64,000 nucleotides of DNA from Octopus vulgaris (Eukaryota): assembly GCA_951406725.2 (NCBI GenBank), contig OX597821.1, positions 92,752,001 through 92,816,000 on the forward strand, in the 5' to 3' direction. The notes under the pieces are model-generated. The model had not been told where the DNA came from. It made no database searches and was given only the letters and a program-made list of their open reading frames with translations. Shown in pieces: positions 39,061-51,949 of the stretch. Both the position numbers and the translations under genes were made by a program. How positions within the stretch are numbered: the stretch's first letter is position 1; the number at the start of each line of letters is the position of its first letter.

Positions 39061-39376
39061 TATATATATGTATATGAATGAGTGAGTGGAGAAACGAAAT
39101 TGGTGCGCTCCATAAAGATGGAGTTATATCTATTTAATAACTCTGTATTTATTTAATAACTGTTTGATTTAGCTCCACATTACTTTATGTTTCGTTGAGG
39201 TAGAACATATCCGCTACGTCAATTGTTTGGAAACACGGTGAAGAGAATTCAAATTGAAAATAAAATGCTTCTAGGTGCGAGTATTTAAGCATTCAATGGT
39301 CAGGTCAGGTCAGGTCATGAGGTTGATTCGTTATTATGACAGCATCATTTCTTTCTTATTAGAAGCTCTACATTAA

Positions 39377-39760
39377 CCACCCACATGGTTCCGGGTTCAG
39401 TCCCACTGCGTGGCATCTTGGGCAAGTGTCTTCTGCTATAGCCCCGGGCCGACCAATGCCTTGTGAGTGGATTTGGTAGACGGAAACTGAAAGAAGCCTG
39501 TCGTATATATATGTATATATATATGTGTGTGTGTATATGTTTGTGTGTGGGTGTTTGTCCCCCTAGCATTGCTTGACAACCGATGCTGGTGAGTTTACGT
39601 CCCCGTCACTTAGCGGTTCGGCAAAAGAGACCGATAGAATAAGTACTGGGCTTACAAAGAATAAGTCCCGGGGTCGATTTGCTCGACTAAAGGCGGTGCT
39701 CCAGCATGGCCGCACTCAAATGACTGAAACAAGTAAAAGAGTAAAAAGAGTAAAAAGAGT
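39377..39760 (+). mobile_element. SINE family B (5'-truncated)
   Basis: Near-consensus body and (GTAAAAAGA)n tail. Confidence 0.92.
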
Positions 39761-41309
39761 ATTATAAAGCAGACTTGGAGCTTCTGTCACTAAACAGTAT
39801 TCTACAGGGAGTAATATTTCAGTGAGATCAGTTTTTACATTGGGTGCGATACATAGTAGAGCACACGAGATTTTGGTGTTACTGATTCGGTAATTGTTTA
39901 CCTTACAATAGTAACTACGTGGGGAGATCACTGATTTGATGTTATCAGGTTACATATAAATTCGTGCGACGTGTTTGACTGATAGTCGGCTGTAATCTTT
40001 AAGGAAAGTAGATATTACATACCCTGGTATTGAGCGTGGGCCAGCTAAGACTAAGCTGGTGTATCTAATATATCAGGTGTTAGTAGTTTGATGTTTATTA
40101 CCAGGGAGTACCTCTGGTGATAAAACTAACACAGGAAAGTTTCCCATTACATGCTCGAGGAGAATATGCACATTTTCATGGAGATAGGGGCTGGCAATTA
40201 CGAGCTTTGTGGGGAGTAAAAAAGGTGCCCTGTGAAGGATGTTTCATGTGATGTTGGAGGGAGCCGTGTCGATGGTCCAAAATCTTCAGATTAACGAGAC
40301 GTAAAAGTAGAGTTTTTCATATATCTATATCTGAAGTAGTGCATAAGCTATGTCTATCTTCCCTTAAAATCATTTGTTTTCATGCCCAAGTATTTTTCTT
40401 AGGATACCAGTAGATGATGTGAGAGTGACTCTATAGACCCCAGTCTTTGAGAAACACGATATTTCCACTGTGCAGACTTTTGGAAGCTACATGTCAAAGT
40501 TTTTTTTTTTCTGCTGTAGCAAACCTTGACGTCTGGGATTATATGTGTGGGTTCTAGGGGAATACTTTTTAATCAGTTTGTGGAAGCTTCTAACTATATC
40601 AGTCGTAACAACTATATTGACTACTGGACGATTAATCCTGATTATCTTTCTGCTTCTAATTCTCTTCAGATTTGGATGTGGGAGGGGAGATTATCTGCGC
40701 ATAGTAACTTATTAGTAAAACCACTTCCCTCTTGTGCCTCTTTACAATGGAGTGTGACTCTATTAAAGATCTCACTCACCCTCTCTCTGTCTTCTATTTG
40801 AGTGGAAGCTCTAATGCAGACACTGATTACAGCTGAAGAGGACAGTCTATAAATCTAAAATAGTTTCTCGTTGGGCTTTCCATAGGAGTAGTATTTGTAA
40901 TCGCATGAGTCTAGAATTTTCTACGGTGTCAGCCTTTGTTGAATTGATGCTAACAAGGTAAGTATCCTAATGAGGTCAGCAGTTTCTGCCCCGTCATAGG
41001 TCCTCATAGAGTGTCAAATCGTAAGGTCTCTTGTTTTTATCTGATAGGAATTACTATAAAACAGGAGTGACATTGATATTGAAGGTTAGGTATCCAAGAT
41101 GACTAAATTAGTGAAATTGGAGGTTATTCTATCCTTGGTGCCGTAGAACCAGTTCTTTACAGTTATGTCGCAATCCATGTGAGTCAACTCTGCAGCCTTT
41201 CCACTACGTGGGTTAACTGATATCAAGAATACACTTACTTACAATCTCTATTACACTGTTGGAGTGACTGATTAGTACCATCGCAGTGTACTGCAGAAGA
41301 AACTTACCC

Positions 41310-41727
41310 ATAGGCGTAGGCGTGGTTGTATGAATATGTGCAGGCGTTACTGTGTGGTAAGAAGCCTGCTTCCCAACCACATGGTTCCGAGTTCAGTCTC
41401 ACTGCGTAGAACATTGGGCTAGTGCCTTCTACTATAGCCTCGAGCTGACCAAAGCCTTGTGAGTGGATTTGGTAGATGGAAAGTGAAAGAAGACCGTCGT
41501 ATGTGTGTGTGCCTTTGTGTCTGTCTTTGTGCCTCTACCATTGCTTGAAAACCAGTGCTGGTGCGTCAATGTCCCCGTTAACTTAGTGGTTCGGCAATAG
41601 GGAATGATAGAATAAGTACTTACAAAAAATAAGTCCTGAGATCGATTTGTTCGACTGAAACCGTTTAAGGCGGTGCTCCAGCATAGCCGCAGTCAAATGA
41701 CTGAAACAAGTAAAAGAATAAAAGAAT
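41310..41727 (+). mobile_element. SINE family B
   Basis: Head (partly duplicated), body and tail. Confidence 0.9.
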
Positions 41728-41890
41728 ATGTTGCGCAATGGAGTCAAACCTAGAAATATATATGAGCCAACTCCTTAACCCTACGCCCTTACTTGCACTA
41801 TACTTTTCAGTTATCTTTTATTAATGTTGTATGAGTAAAGTAATCGCTTGGGATTTGATCTCATTATGCCAATTAATATACGTCTTGTAA

Positions 41891-42209
41891 ATGAATGTGC
41901 ATGGCTCAGAACATCGGGCTCATAATCATGAGGTAGTGAGTTCGATTCCTGGACCGAGCTGTGTGTTGTGTTCTCGAGTAAGACTATTTATTTCACGTTG
42001 CTCCAGTTCACTCAGCTGTAGAAATGAGTTACGTCGTTACTGGTGCCAAGCTGTATCGGCCCCTTTTCCTTTTCTTTGGACAACATCGGCGACGTAGAAA
42101 GAGAAGGCTGGTGTGCATGGGCGACTGCTGGCCTTCCTGCTCGGAGTTGTTCCCTGAGAGGGAACTTTCTAGGTGCAATCTCATTCTCATTCATGACCGA
42201 AAGGGGTCC
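41891..42209 (+). mobile_element. SINE family C
   Basis: GCATGGCTCAG..GAGTTCGATTCC..CTCCAGTTCACTCAGCTGTAGAAATGAG..CATGACCGAAAGGGGTC. Confidence 0.88.
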
Positions 42210-42742
42210 TGTAAGTAAAAATTTGATAGACGGAAAATGTGTGGAAACCCAATGAAAGGAGCTTTCCTGTTCTTGGATGGTAGAATAATCTGCTGCTCAG
42301 TTTAAATACCACCATCTGGTCTTTGGTTGCTTTAATGGTGCCCTCTCTGTGCCAAACAGTCGGGCGAAGTTTCTGGTTTGAGGAAAACTTCCTTCTATGA
42401 GTCACAAAGGCCATTCCTCTTCCCATTAAAAATGTCATTTCAGTATATACTTTATGGTCTGAACAATAGCCAGTAGTTTTCTCATTTTATGTTCAACATT
42501 AACAAAAATATCACGACAAACCATAACTGTAATTATAACCCCATAAATCTTCTTAATCAATGTGGTGATAATCACCATCACAATAACCACTACAAACACT
42601 ACTACCATCTCCACCACTAATAATGGTTTTAGCGTTACCATCGTTGACACAGCTACCATCATTACCACTACTACTACGTCTGAAATTACTAGTTCTCTTC
42701 CTACTAGTATCACCATCACTGCCACAATAAACACCATCACCA

Positions 42743-43285
42743 AGGCGGCGAGCTGGCAGAAACGTTAGCACGCCGGGCGAAATGCGTAGCGATATTTCGT
42801 CTGTCGTTACGTTCTGAGTTCAAATTCCGCCGAGGTCGACTTTGCCTTTCATCCTTTCGGGGTCGATAAATTAAGTACCAGTTACGCACTGGAGTCGATG
42901 TAATCGACTTAATCCGTTTGTCTGTCCTTGTTTGTCCTCTCTGTGTTTAGCCCCTTGTGGGTAGTAAAGAAATAGGTATTTCGTCTGCCGCTACGTTCTG
43001 AGTTCAAATTCCGCCGAGGTCGACTTAATCCGTTTGTCTTTCCTTGTTTGTCCCCTCTATGTTTAGCCCCTTGTGAACAATAAAGAAACAAGGAACGTTA
43101 GCACGCCGGCCGAAGTGCTTAACGCGATTTCGTCTGCCGTTACGTTCTGAGTTCAAATTCCGCCGAGGTCGACTTTGCCTTTCATTCTTTCGGGATCGAT
43201 AAATTAAGTACCAGTTGCGTACTGGGGTCGATCTAATCGACTGGACTCCTCCCTAAAAATTCCGGGCTTTGTGCTCTTAATTAGC
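42743..43285 (+). mobile_element. SINE family A tandem trimer
   Basis: Full unit, then a head-less unit joined at AAAGAAATAGGTATTTCGTCTGCCG, then a third unit with the short tail. Confidence 0.9.
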
Positions 43286-43547
43286 ATTGACCTAAACACT
43301 ACCACTAATGGCAACAAAAATAACAATAGCAGTAATGAGCCAATTAAGGAACTGCACTGTAATTTGTTAAAACTACAAGTAACAGCATTGCCATTATAAT
43401 CCTTGATATACTTAGCCCGAGAAAACAGGTAAAGAACCTTCCTAGTCAAAGCTGATCTTGGGCTAAATAACACCAACAGCAGTATTAGCAACACCTTGTG
43501 AAATAACAAGTGTTAACAATACCACAAGAAGAACAAAAACATAAATA

Positions 43548-44008
43548 TTGACTTCAAATTTTGGCACAAGGCCAGCAAGTTTCGGGGAGTGGATAAAGCA
43601 ATTACATCAACTCTAGTGTTCAGCTGGTACCCATTTTATTGACCCAAAAAAGGGTGAAAGGCAAAGTCAACCTCAGTGGAATTCGAACTCAGCACGTAAA
43701 GATGGACAAAATGTCGCTGAGCATTTTGCTTGACATGTTAATGGTTCAGTCAGCTTGCCACCTTACCACAAATGGAAATATTGGTATAAAAGTTTGGCAC
43801 AAGGCCAGCAATTTTAGGGAAGGGTGTAAGTCAATTACATTGACCCCAGTACTTATTACATTGACTCCCTGGTACTTATTTTAATGGCCTCAAAAGAATG
43901 AAAGATAAAATTTACCTTGGTGGGATTTGAACTCAGAATGTGAAGATGAGCAAAAGGCTGCAAAGCATTTTGCCTGGCACGCTAACGATTCTGCCAGCTT
44001 GATGCCTT
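43548..44008 (-). mobile_element. Two old SINE family A copies in tandem
   Basis: Diverged reverse-complement copies at about 43548-43764 and 43785-44008. Confidence 0.8.
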
Positions 44009-44038
44009 ACCACAAACAAGAGGATTTATAACAAAATA

Positions 44039-44559
44039 TTGGTTGTCCGGAAAGTTTGTGCCAATTTTTAAAGGTAAGGAAAAGGTCAATAAATACATGC
44101 CATTACATTTTAAATCAACCAAATACGAACCATTTTGTTGCACAATGCGTCTCCATCTTTCCTTTAACTTGAAAATACCCTCTTCCCAGAATTGAGGTAA
44201 TTTCATGGCAAATAATTCATCAAGGTATCCTTTTACGTCATCCAAGGAATTGAAATTTGTACCATTAAGACTATTCTGCAGAGACCTGAATAAGTGGAAA
44301 TCCAAAGGAGCAATATCTGGGGAATATGGAGGGTGGCGAAATATCAAGTGCCGAAAATGAACTTTCTTATCTTCCATTTTAAAGGGTTACAGAATTAACA
44401 CAGGTTATAGGAACATAAACCTTCTTCCACAAAAAGATAGCTTAAACTGTGCTCTGAATGGAGATGTAGTCAAATCCTATTTTATGGACTCAACCATGTT
44501 CTAAAATAAGTTGAAAGTTAAGCTACAATAAATCGGCATGAACTTTCCGGACAACCCAA
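44039..44559 (-). mobile_element. Internally deleted mariner element
   Basis: TIRs TTGGTTGTCCGGAAAGTT / AACTTTCCGGACAACCCAA, TA TSD; ORF MEDKKVHFRHLIF fused to HPPYSPDIAPLDFHLFRSLQ..GIFKLKERW. Confidence 0.93.
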
Positions 44560-45129
44560 TAGTAATAAGTACAAATGAAGGAACTGCATAAAATAGCAGC
44601 TAAATATCCTTTAAATCAATCTATATTCTTTTTGAAAAGCAAAAAGATATATTCGGCAATGTAAATCTTGATATGTGACAAACAAAATTTTAAATGAGAT
44701 GGTCACAATTGGAATAATTTTGATCTTAAGTTTCTTTGTTTAAAATTGACCTGAAGTTAAGCAACAGTAGCAACAATTTTCACAGCTACAACTGCAGCAG
44801 CAACAAGTGCATCAACAACAATAATGACATCACCGTAAACAACAGCAACAACAACAGAAATAACAACAACAAAAAACAACATTGACAAACAAATATAAAT
44901 AACAAGAACAGAAATAGCATCAACACCATCAGCCGCCTCCTCCTCTTCCTCCTCCTCCTCATCATCATCAGTAGCAGCACCGCCATCTCTTTCTCGACCT
45001 CCACCAACTACTAATGTTGCTACAAACATGTACCATGTACTTATTAAATTAAACTGCTCTGAGAAAGATCTCAATGAGTGATCTCACAGCAAAAACTGAA
45101 AAAACATTGATAAACTAAGTTGGAAAACT

Positions 45130-45278
45130 AATAATAGCTACAACAACAACTACAACAACAACAACAACAACAACAACAGCAAGAACAACAACAAAACAAA
45201 AAACAACAGCAGCTGCAACAACAACAGTAACAATAATAATTATAACAGTAGCAAAATACTTCTTATATTACTACTACC

Positions 45279-45311
<33 letters not shown>

Positions 45312-45450
45312 AAGAAGAAGAAGAAGAAGAAGAAGAAGAAGAAGAAGAAGAACCACAACAACAGCAGCAGGAACAGCAGCAAAATACAAATAGAGAAATA
45401 ACAAACTGCGAACAACATTGAAGTAACAAAAGTAATAAAATAATGGATGC

Positions 45451-45509
<59 letters not shown>

Positions 45510-45590
45510 GGATAATAATAATAATAATAGTAATAATAATGATAATAATAATAATAATAATAATAATAGTAATAATAATGATAATGATAC
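45130..45590. repeat. (CAA)n/(GAA)n/(AAT)n microsatellite cluster
   Basis: Visible directly. Confidence 0.97.
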
Positions 45591-45773
45591 GCAAAAGAAA
45601 ACTTTTAATGTTGGTCGTTGGAAAAGATGCAAGAAAAAGAAAAAGGAAAAAATAACGATGATATCATAGCTAAACGAACGTATCAGATTTAATTAGGGAG
45701 AAAATTGTGGCCGGAAGCTCAACCTAAATTGGTGGTGGTGTAATCTTTACATACTGATACATACATACATACA

Positions 45774-45832
<59 letters not shown>

Positions 45833-45943
45833 TCATACTCTCCTATACATACATATATGCATACATATATATATAGATACATACATAAATACATACATAC
45901 ATACTTACATACATACATATGTATATATGTATTTATGTATGTA

Positions 45944-45993
<50 letters not shown>

Positions 45994-46727
45994 CATATAT
46001 AGACACAACACACATTCATATATATGGAAGTGCTAATTCGCATACACGAATATATATTTCAACAAACATGTGTTTAGTGTGTGTGTGTGCATATCAAGAT
46101 CGAACGAGGAAAACCATAGCAAAACTTTTAATGTCTGCCTTTACACTCAAAGTTTCTTGTGCTTTATATGTTTGTGGGAGTGTGTATGTATGTATGTATA
46201 CATGTATATGTGTGTATGAGTGACTGCGTGTGTGTGTGTATAAATAGAATGTTTTTACTATATACACATGACTGTACACACGGGTAGATTTAATTAAGTG
46301 CCAAATATAAATTAGTTGTAAATTCTGCATGTGATGTAAACAACCAAACGCTTGACTCTCTCTCACTTTCTCTCTCCTTCTGTATATATATATATATATA
46401 TATATGCATTAGATAGATATACATACATATATATATATATCTTTGTATGTATATATATACATATATATATGTATATATATATTTTTTGTCATCATGATCG
46501 TGATCAACACAATCACCATCATTGTCGTCGTCATCATCATCATCATCATCATCATCATCAACATCGTCATCATTGTCATCACTTTATCTTCTTCATTCAC
46601 ATGATTCAGGTATTGCTCCAGTCATCATACACAACCAGATGGAATATACTCGTTCATACAATGTAGAGAAGGAAAACATACAGCAAATAATATATATATA
46701 GAAATACTGGATCAGTGAAATTGTTCG

Positions 46728-46790
<63 letters not shown>

Positions 46791-46792
<2 letters not shown>

Positions 46793-46879
46793 AGTTAATC
46801 CAAATAAGAAAACACAACAAACACAACAACGCGAGGACGTGGAACAAATATAGTATTATTGGACGCTCAGGAAAGAAGG

Positions 46880-46881
<2 letters not shown>
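46791..46881 (-). mobile_element. Truncated element family X2 inside (TA)n
   Basis: Nearly identical to 48691-48782. Confidence 0.75.
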
Positions 46882-46930
<49 letters not shown>

Positions 46931-46933
<3 letters not shown>

Positions 46934-47133
46934 AGAGTTTACGAAAAAACACAAAAGACGAAGACAGGTGGTGTACAAAACAAACAGATGTATTAGTATA
47001 ACGCTCAGGAATAGAAAAACTCTTTTGCGTTTTGAGCCTACGCTCTTCAACAGAAACGGACACAGAAAAAACAAGGAGAGAAACAAGGAGAGAAAAAATA
47101 TGTGTAGTGGCTAACGATCTATCATGGCATCTG
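46931..47133 (-). mobile_element. Element family X1 inside (TA)n
   Basis: Reverse complement of 4507-4665; TTTCTGTTGAAGAGCGTAGGCTCAAAACGCAAAAG. Confidence 0.75.
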
Positions 47134-48628
47134 ATATATAAATATATATATATATGTATATTTCGATGATGGTTTTAGTGAATTGGTTATGTATTTGCTG
47201 GAACTCCAATTCCAGAGTTACAGGTAAGTATATTACTGGCATAGTCCGTTGCTTGGATTAGCAACACCAAATAACTATCTCTGAGCAGCAAGAATTTGGT
47301 CCAGGTTTCCATTCTGAGGATAACTTCATTGCTACTTCGAATAAAATCTGAAGCCCTGGACATTAATATATGAATGCATGTTTACACGCGCACACACACA
47401 CACACACACATATATATATTGTAAGCATGCATGTATGGATGTACGTATGTAACAGGTAGGTAATAGGTAGGTTGGTATGTGCATGTGAAAAACTTAAGCA
47501 CTGACAGCGTGTAAAATGCAGGAAACATTATATAAACATGGAAGTTATTTCCTCTCATTTGCTCTTAATTGAAGATCAACGCAATTTTGGTACGTTATTA
47601 ACAGGATTGCTCAATTTAGGTTGCTATTACTGATACCAAGGACATGACTACAAAAACTACAGGAAAAATTATGCAGAACAAATGACTGATTTTTCTTTAA
47701 CCTAATGAGAAATCAGTTCGTGTGAAATAAGCTGAGTGCAGAATGAAATGGGAAAAAAATTATAAAAAGTGAAGTCTTTAATTTCGGGTGAAAAAAAAAA
47801 ACAAAAAACAACATACCAGAAACAGTTACCTATAAAGTAATGTTAAGGGGATATATAAGAGGGCATTGGAAGTTAGCCCTTGGTCAATGAGAGATACATA
47901 GCAGACAATAAGATGACAGGTATCAGATACTGTGACACCTGAGCTTCATGCATGGGATGATCGAAAAGCATACTGAGAAAAGATACAATAAAACAGGGAG
48001 GGGATGGTGGTGCTGGAGGAAGAAGAGGAGCTAGAGATGAAAGACGGGTAGAGGAGGAGGGAGAGGATCTAGAGATAGAAGAGGGGTTGAGGAGGAGGAG
48101 GAGGGGGAGCTAGAAGTGGAAGAGGAGGTAGAGGAGGACATAGAGGAGCAAGAAGATGGAGGAGCAGGAGGAGGAGATAGAGGTGGAGGAGGGGATAGAT
48201 GTGCAGGAGGAGGGGATAGAGGAGGAAGAGGAGGAGTAGGAGGGGATATAGGAAGAGGAGAAGAAGGAGGAGATTGACAAGCAGGAGGAGGAGATAAAGG
48301 AGCAGAAGGAGAAGGATGCGTGTGGAGATGAGAATTAGAGAGAAAATGAAAGATGAGAGAGAGAACGAAAAAAGCGAAGAAGCTAATCGCTTAGAAATAC
48401 ACATTCATGTGGAGAAAAATGATAGCGACGCATTACGTCTTAACATTACTTTCACAAAATCGTTTCTGCCTCTGTCCACTGTTTCTTACCTTTGTTCTTT
48501 TGTCCCACGTTCTATTTGCTTCCGTCATGCTAGCTGACTTTTCGTTATGTCCATCGACTTGAACATTTGTTGTCCTTAATTTTTCATGTTTTCGTATACT
48601 GGTAACTTCGTTCTCCGATATACATACG

Positions 48629-48683
<55 letters not shown>

Positions 48684-48690
48684 TATATAT

Positions 48691-48903
48691 AAAGTTAACC
48701 CAAACAAGAAAACACAAAAAAACACAACAACGCGAGGACGTGGAACAAATATAGTATTATTGGACGCTCAGGAAAGAAGGGAAGAAGGAGGGTTTAACAT
48801 TTCGAGCGGAGCTCTTCGTCGGAAACATAGGAGAAGGAAAGATCCAGAGAAGGGAAGACAGAGGAAAAAAATCGCCAACGGTACACACGAGGTCACATTT
48901 TGA
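48691..48903 (-). mobile_element. Element family X2 (pLTR-like)
   Basis: Abuts (TA)n; contains the hammerhead motif at 48792-48826. Confidence 0.75.
48792..48826 (-). ncRNA. Minimal hammerhead motif (core CCGACGA)
   Basis: GTTT-CCGACGA-A-GAGC-tcc-GCTC-GAAA-TG-TT-AAAC. Confidence 0.7.
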
Positions 48904-49182
48904 AATATATATACAAAACGGGACAAGAACGCAAAACATCTGGATAGTTAGGTGATACAAAAATGGGACAACAAAACATCCAGATAGACGATACAAAGAA
49001 AACAAGGACGAGTCATTTTCTTTCCTCAGTCGAGTATCAGATTATCTTCGTTATTTTGGCTGATTATACTCGAGATTGCTCCAATATGATATACATACAT
49101 ACATGTATATATATATATACATATATATACATATATATATACATATATATATACATATATATACACACACTCTCACATGCAC

Positions 49183-49225
<43 letters not shown>

Positions 49226-49230
49226 CACGA

Positions 49231-49855
49231 GAAGTTGTGGTTATAAGATATAATGGTGTCATTGAGACCCAATGGTGTCATTGAGACCCAAAGGTGTCAG
49301 GTAATGCTGAATAAGTGCTATAGACAGACCATAGTTCAGTTACAGATTCGGTCATATTGCGAATAAAGGGTTTAACGTTGATTCTATGTCAGCGTGCGTA
49401 TATATGAATTTTTTGTGTAATGAGATAAAAAAAACAAGGCTGTATAAATACAAACCTTGAATCTGCTACACTCTATATAAACTCCCCACTTGGAATGACC
49501 AACTTTAAGAGGATCTTACATTGTTTATAAACTCTATATCTGGATGGACTCATATCAAACTCTGTTGGACTTTGGATTTTACTCAAAGGATACTGGAATA
49601 TTACACATATATACCATTATGCCTATAAAACGGATTTACGAATTCAATACCCATACATATCTTACATCTATTTCCTTTCCTCCACCTCACTCTCTATTTG
49701 TATCACATCGTAACTATGACTTAACTTTTCCTCTCACACCGTCTCCGATGAAGGGATGTTATTATTAATTAATATCCTAGAAACAGCTGTAAGGCCTTCT
49801 ATCTATAAATATCTATACAGCCTTGCTTTTTTATCTCATTACGCAAAAAATTCAT
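49231..49855 (+). mobile_element. Element family X4 with PLE-type inverted partial LTR
   Basis: 49401-49450 is the inverted copy of 49810-49858; hammerhead at 49741-49795; TA/CA microsatellite on both sides. Confidence 0.8.
49741..49795 (+). ncRNA. Minimal hammerhead motif (core CCGAUGA)
   Basis: Stem I GTCT/AGGC; CCGATGA; stem II GGGATGTT/AATATCCT; GAAA; palindromic stem III ACAGCTGT; GUA triplet ending at 49791. Confidence 0.75.
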
Positions 49856-49889
49856 ATATATATATATACATACACACACATACATATAC

Positions 49890-49957
<68 letters not shown>

Positions 49958-50020
49958 AGAGATAGGTAGACAGACAGAGAGAGACAGATCGAGAGAAGGA
50001 GAGAGAGAGATGTAAGTATG

Positions 50021-51045
50021 TAGGGTTGGCCAAAATGACCGTCCAGTTTTTGTCGACAAAAAGCTCTCTAATAAACAGGGCCGTTTCAAGGTGTCGACAA
50101 CTCGGGCAGTCGTACGGGGGCGCCATGTGCTTTTTAGTCTACATTTTCAGTTTTTCACTTTGTGAAAGTTTTAAAAAATTATACTTGTAAGGGTGCTGAA
50201 GTTCAGCTTGCCCGGGGCGCCAGCAACCCTAGGGCCCGCCCTGCTAATAGGTAGCTATCAACAGTCTGTTCCTTGTGCATGCTCAACGAATAGATACTTA
50301 TCTTGCGACGAGACAAGTTGTATTTTGTGTACTTGGGATCACCCTGTAAATGGAATCCCAGAGCGAACATTATCTACACCTCTGGGGTTGATCTTTTTTA
50401 TTTTAAAAAAGGCAAGAAAGCGGCGGCAACATGCTAGAAGATACGCGCTGTGTACGGATAGAACGCTGTTACGGAACGTACGTTGCAGAAGAGTTTTATC
50501 GTGATTTTGATCGAGAAATTTTTCGTTTCAAAATATACTTCGCGCTGGCTGACCGTCTGAAATTAACAGCGACCGTAAATTGTCACCAGCTGGACAAATT
50601 ACACGCAGTGATCCACCAGAAGCATCCAGCACTTACTAATCCTAAGGGCATTGTATTTCATTACTACAATGACAGATCGCACACTCTGAAGACGCGGCAG
50701 AAGTCACTGAGATTTGGCGGCTAAGATTTGCAGCAACCTCCATTTTTACCCGACATTGCGCCTTCAGTTTTCCACTTGTTTCGGTCTCTTCAAGATTCAT
50801 TGAATGGACAGATTTTCAACATTGAAGAGGAGGTAATAATTCTCCTGCAAGAATTTTTGGCCAGTGAAGGCAAGGAATTTTTAAAGCAGGGAATAATGCA
50901 TCTTCCCACAAGATAGCAGGGAATAATGCACCTTCCCACAAGATACTGGAACGAAACGGTAACTTCATCGCTGATTGAAAATGTCGCTTTGTGTCCAAAA
51001 CTAGTGTGTCTTATTTTCGTTTGAAAGAAAAGGACAAACGAATTT
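50021..51045 (+). mobile_element. Decayed mariner element
   Basis: CHQLDKLH..HPALTNPKGIVFHYYNDRSH, QPPFLPDIAPSVFHLFRSLQ..GIMHLPTR; TIR-like TAGGGTTGGCCAAAATGACCG; 30-bp tandem duplication at 50886-50945. Confidence 0.85.
50076..50243. mobile_element. hAT-like MITE nested in the mariner
   Basis: Ends CAGGGCCG.. / ..CCGCCCTG; imperfect 8-bp TSD CTAATAAA / CTAATAGG. Confidence 0.7.
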
Positions 51046-51609
51046 GTCAAATTCACACATACGGCTTTGGTCGGTCTGAGGCTATAGTAGAAGACACTTA
51101 TCTAAAGTGCTACACAGTGGAAGTAGTGCCGGAACCATATGATTGGGAAGCAAGCTCTGCACAACCATCATGGATCGACTCGTTTGCTTGTCCAGATATT
51201 TGTCATCTGATATTCTCTTGGTTTGTTAAAATTGAGATTCTATCTAATACTAGTTCAAATATTTTATATTTGAAGTTGCTGAAAATATTTTGATATAGAC
51301 TATGTTAGATTTTCATTTTAAAACTATCTTTATAGTATCTTTTCTGTGGTTTAATCTGTTTCATTCTGTGGTTTAATCTCATTGTTCTGTTGATACTGGA
51401 ATTTTTACATTCCGACTGCTGTTCCTGTTGATGCTGCTGAGTCTCCAACTGTTTATCCTGTTTGTAGTTCGGGTCAGTGTTTGTATTGTGCATTGTGTGT
51501 GTAAGGCGTTAGGTACCTGGACTGCTGGTGTTAGTTTATTTCATTGGATATTTGCTGTACAGAGTATGTCTGGTGTTTGTGGGTTGTTTTGTTTAGGTTG
51601 TATTATAGA

Positions 51610-51872
51610 ATTGATAGTGAATTGATAGTGACTTGTGTAGAATGTGGGCTGTTCCTAGCAGGGCTACTTTTGTGATAGTGCGTAGTGTTGAGGATCCAGG
51701 TATAGCTTCTATGTTTTTGTTGATATGATTTTATATTATGCCCAATGTTCCAATTATTGCTAGTATTGTTTTCAACTTCTTGCCCCACATCTTGAATACT
51801 TCAATTCCAGGTGTTTGTACTTTGACAATTTCTCCACTTCTTTTTGGATAATATTTTGATCAGAAGGTACTG
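51610..51872 (-). pseudogene. R4/Dong-clade non-LTR retrotransposon C-terminal (RLE) remnant
   Basis: VPSDQNIIQKEVEKLSKYKHLE / MWGKKLKTILAIIGTLGII..IPG..KVALLGTAHILHKSLS. Confidence 0.85.
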
Positions 51873-51902
51873 CAATCAGCATCATCATCATCATCATAAT
51901 CA

Positions 51903-51949
<47 letters not shown>

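Noticed and set aside
39770-41300. Possible old LINE endonuclease remnant on the minus strand (also 33420-34500)
   Set aside because: Only faint motif echoes; cannot be supported without a translated search.
47190-47230. Splice-donor-like CAG|GTAAGT (also AAG|GTGAGT near 16805 and CAG|GTGAGT near 54661)
   Set aside because: No convincing upstream acceptor or recognisable protein; small exons cannot be excluded without RNA-seq.
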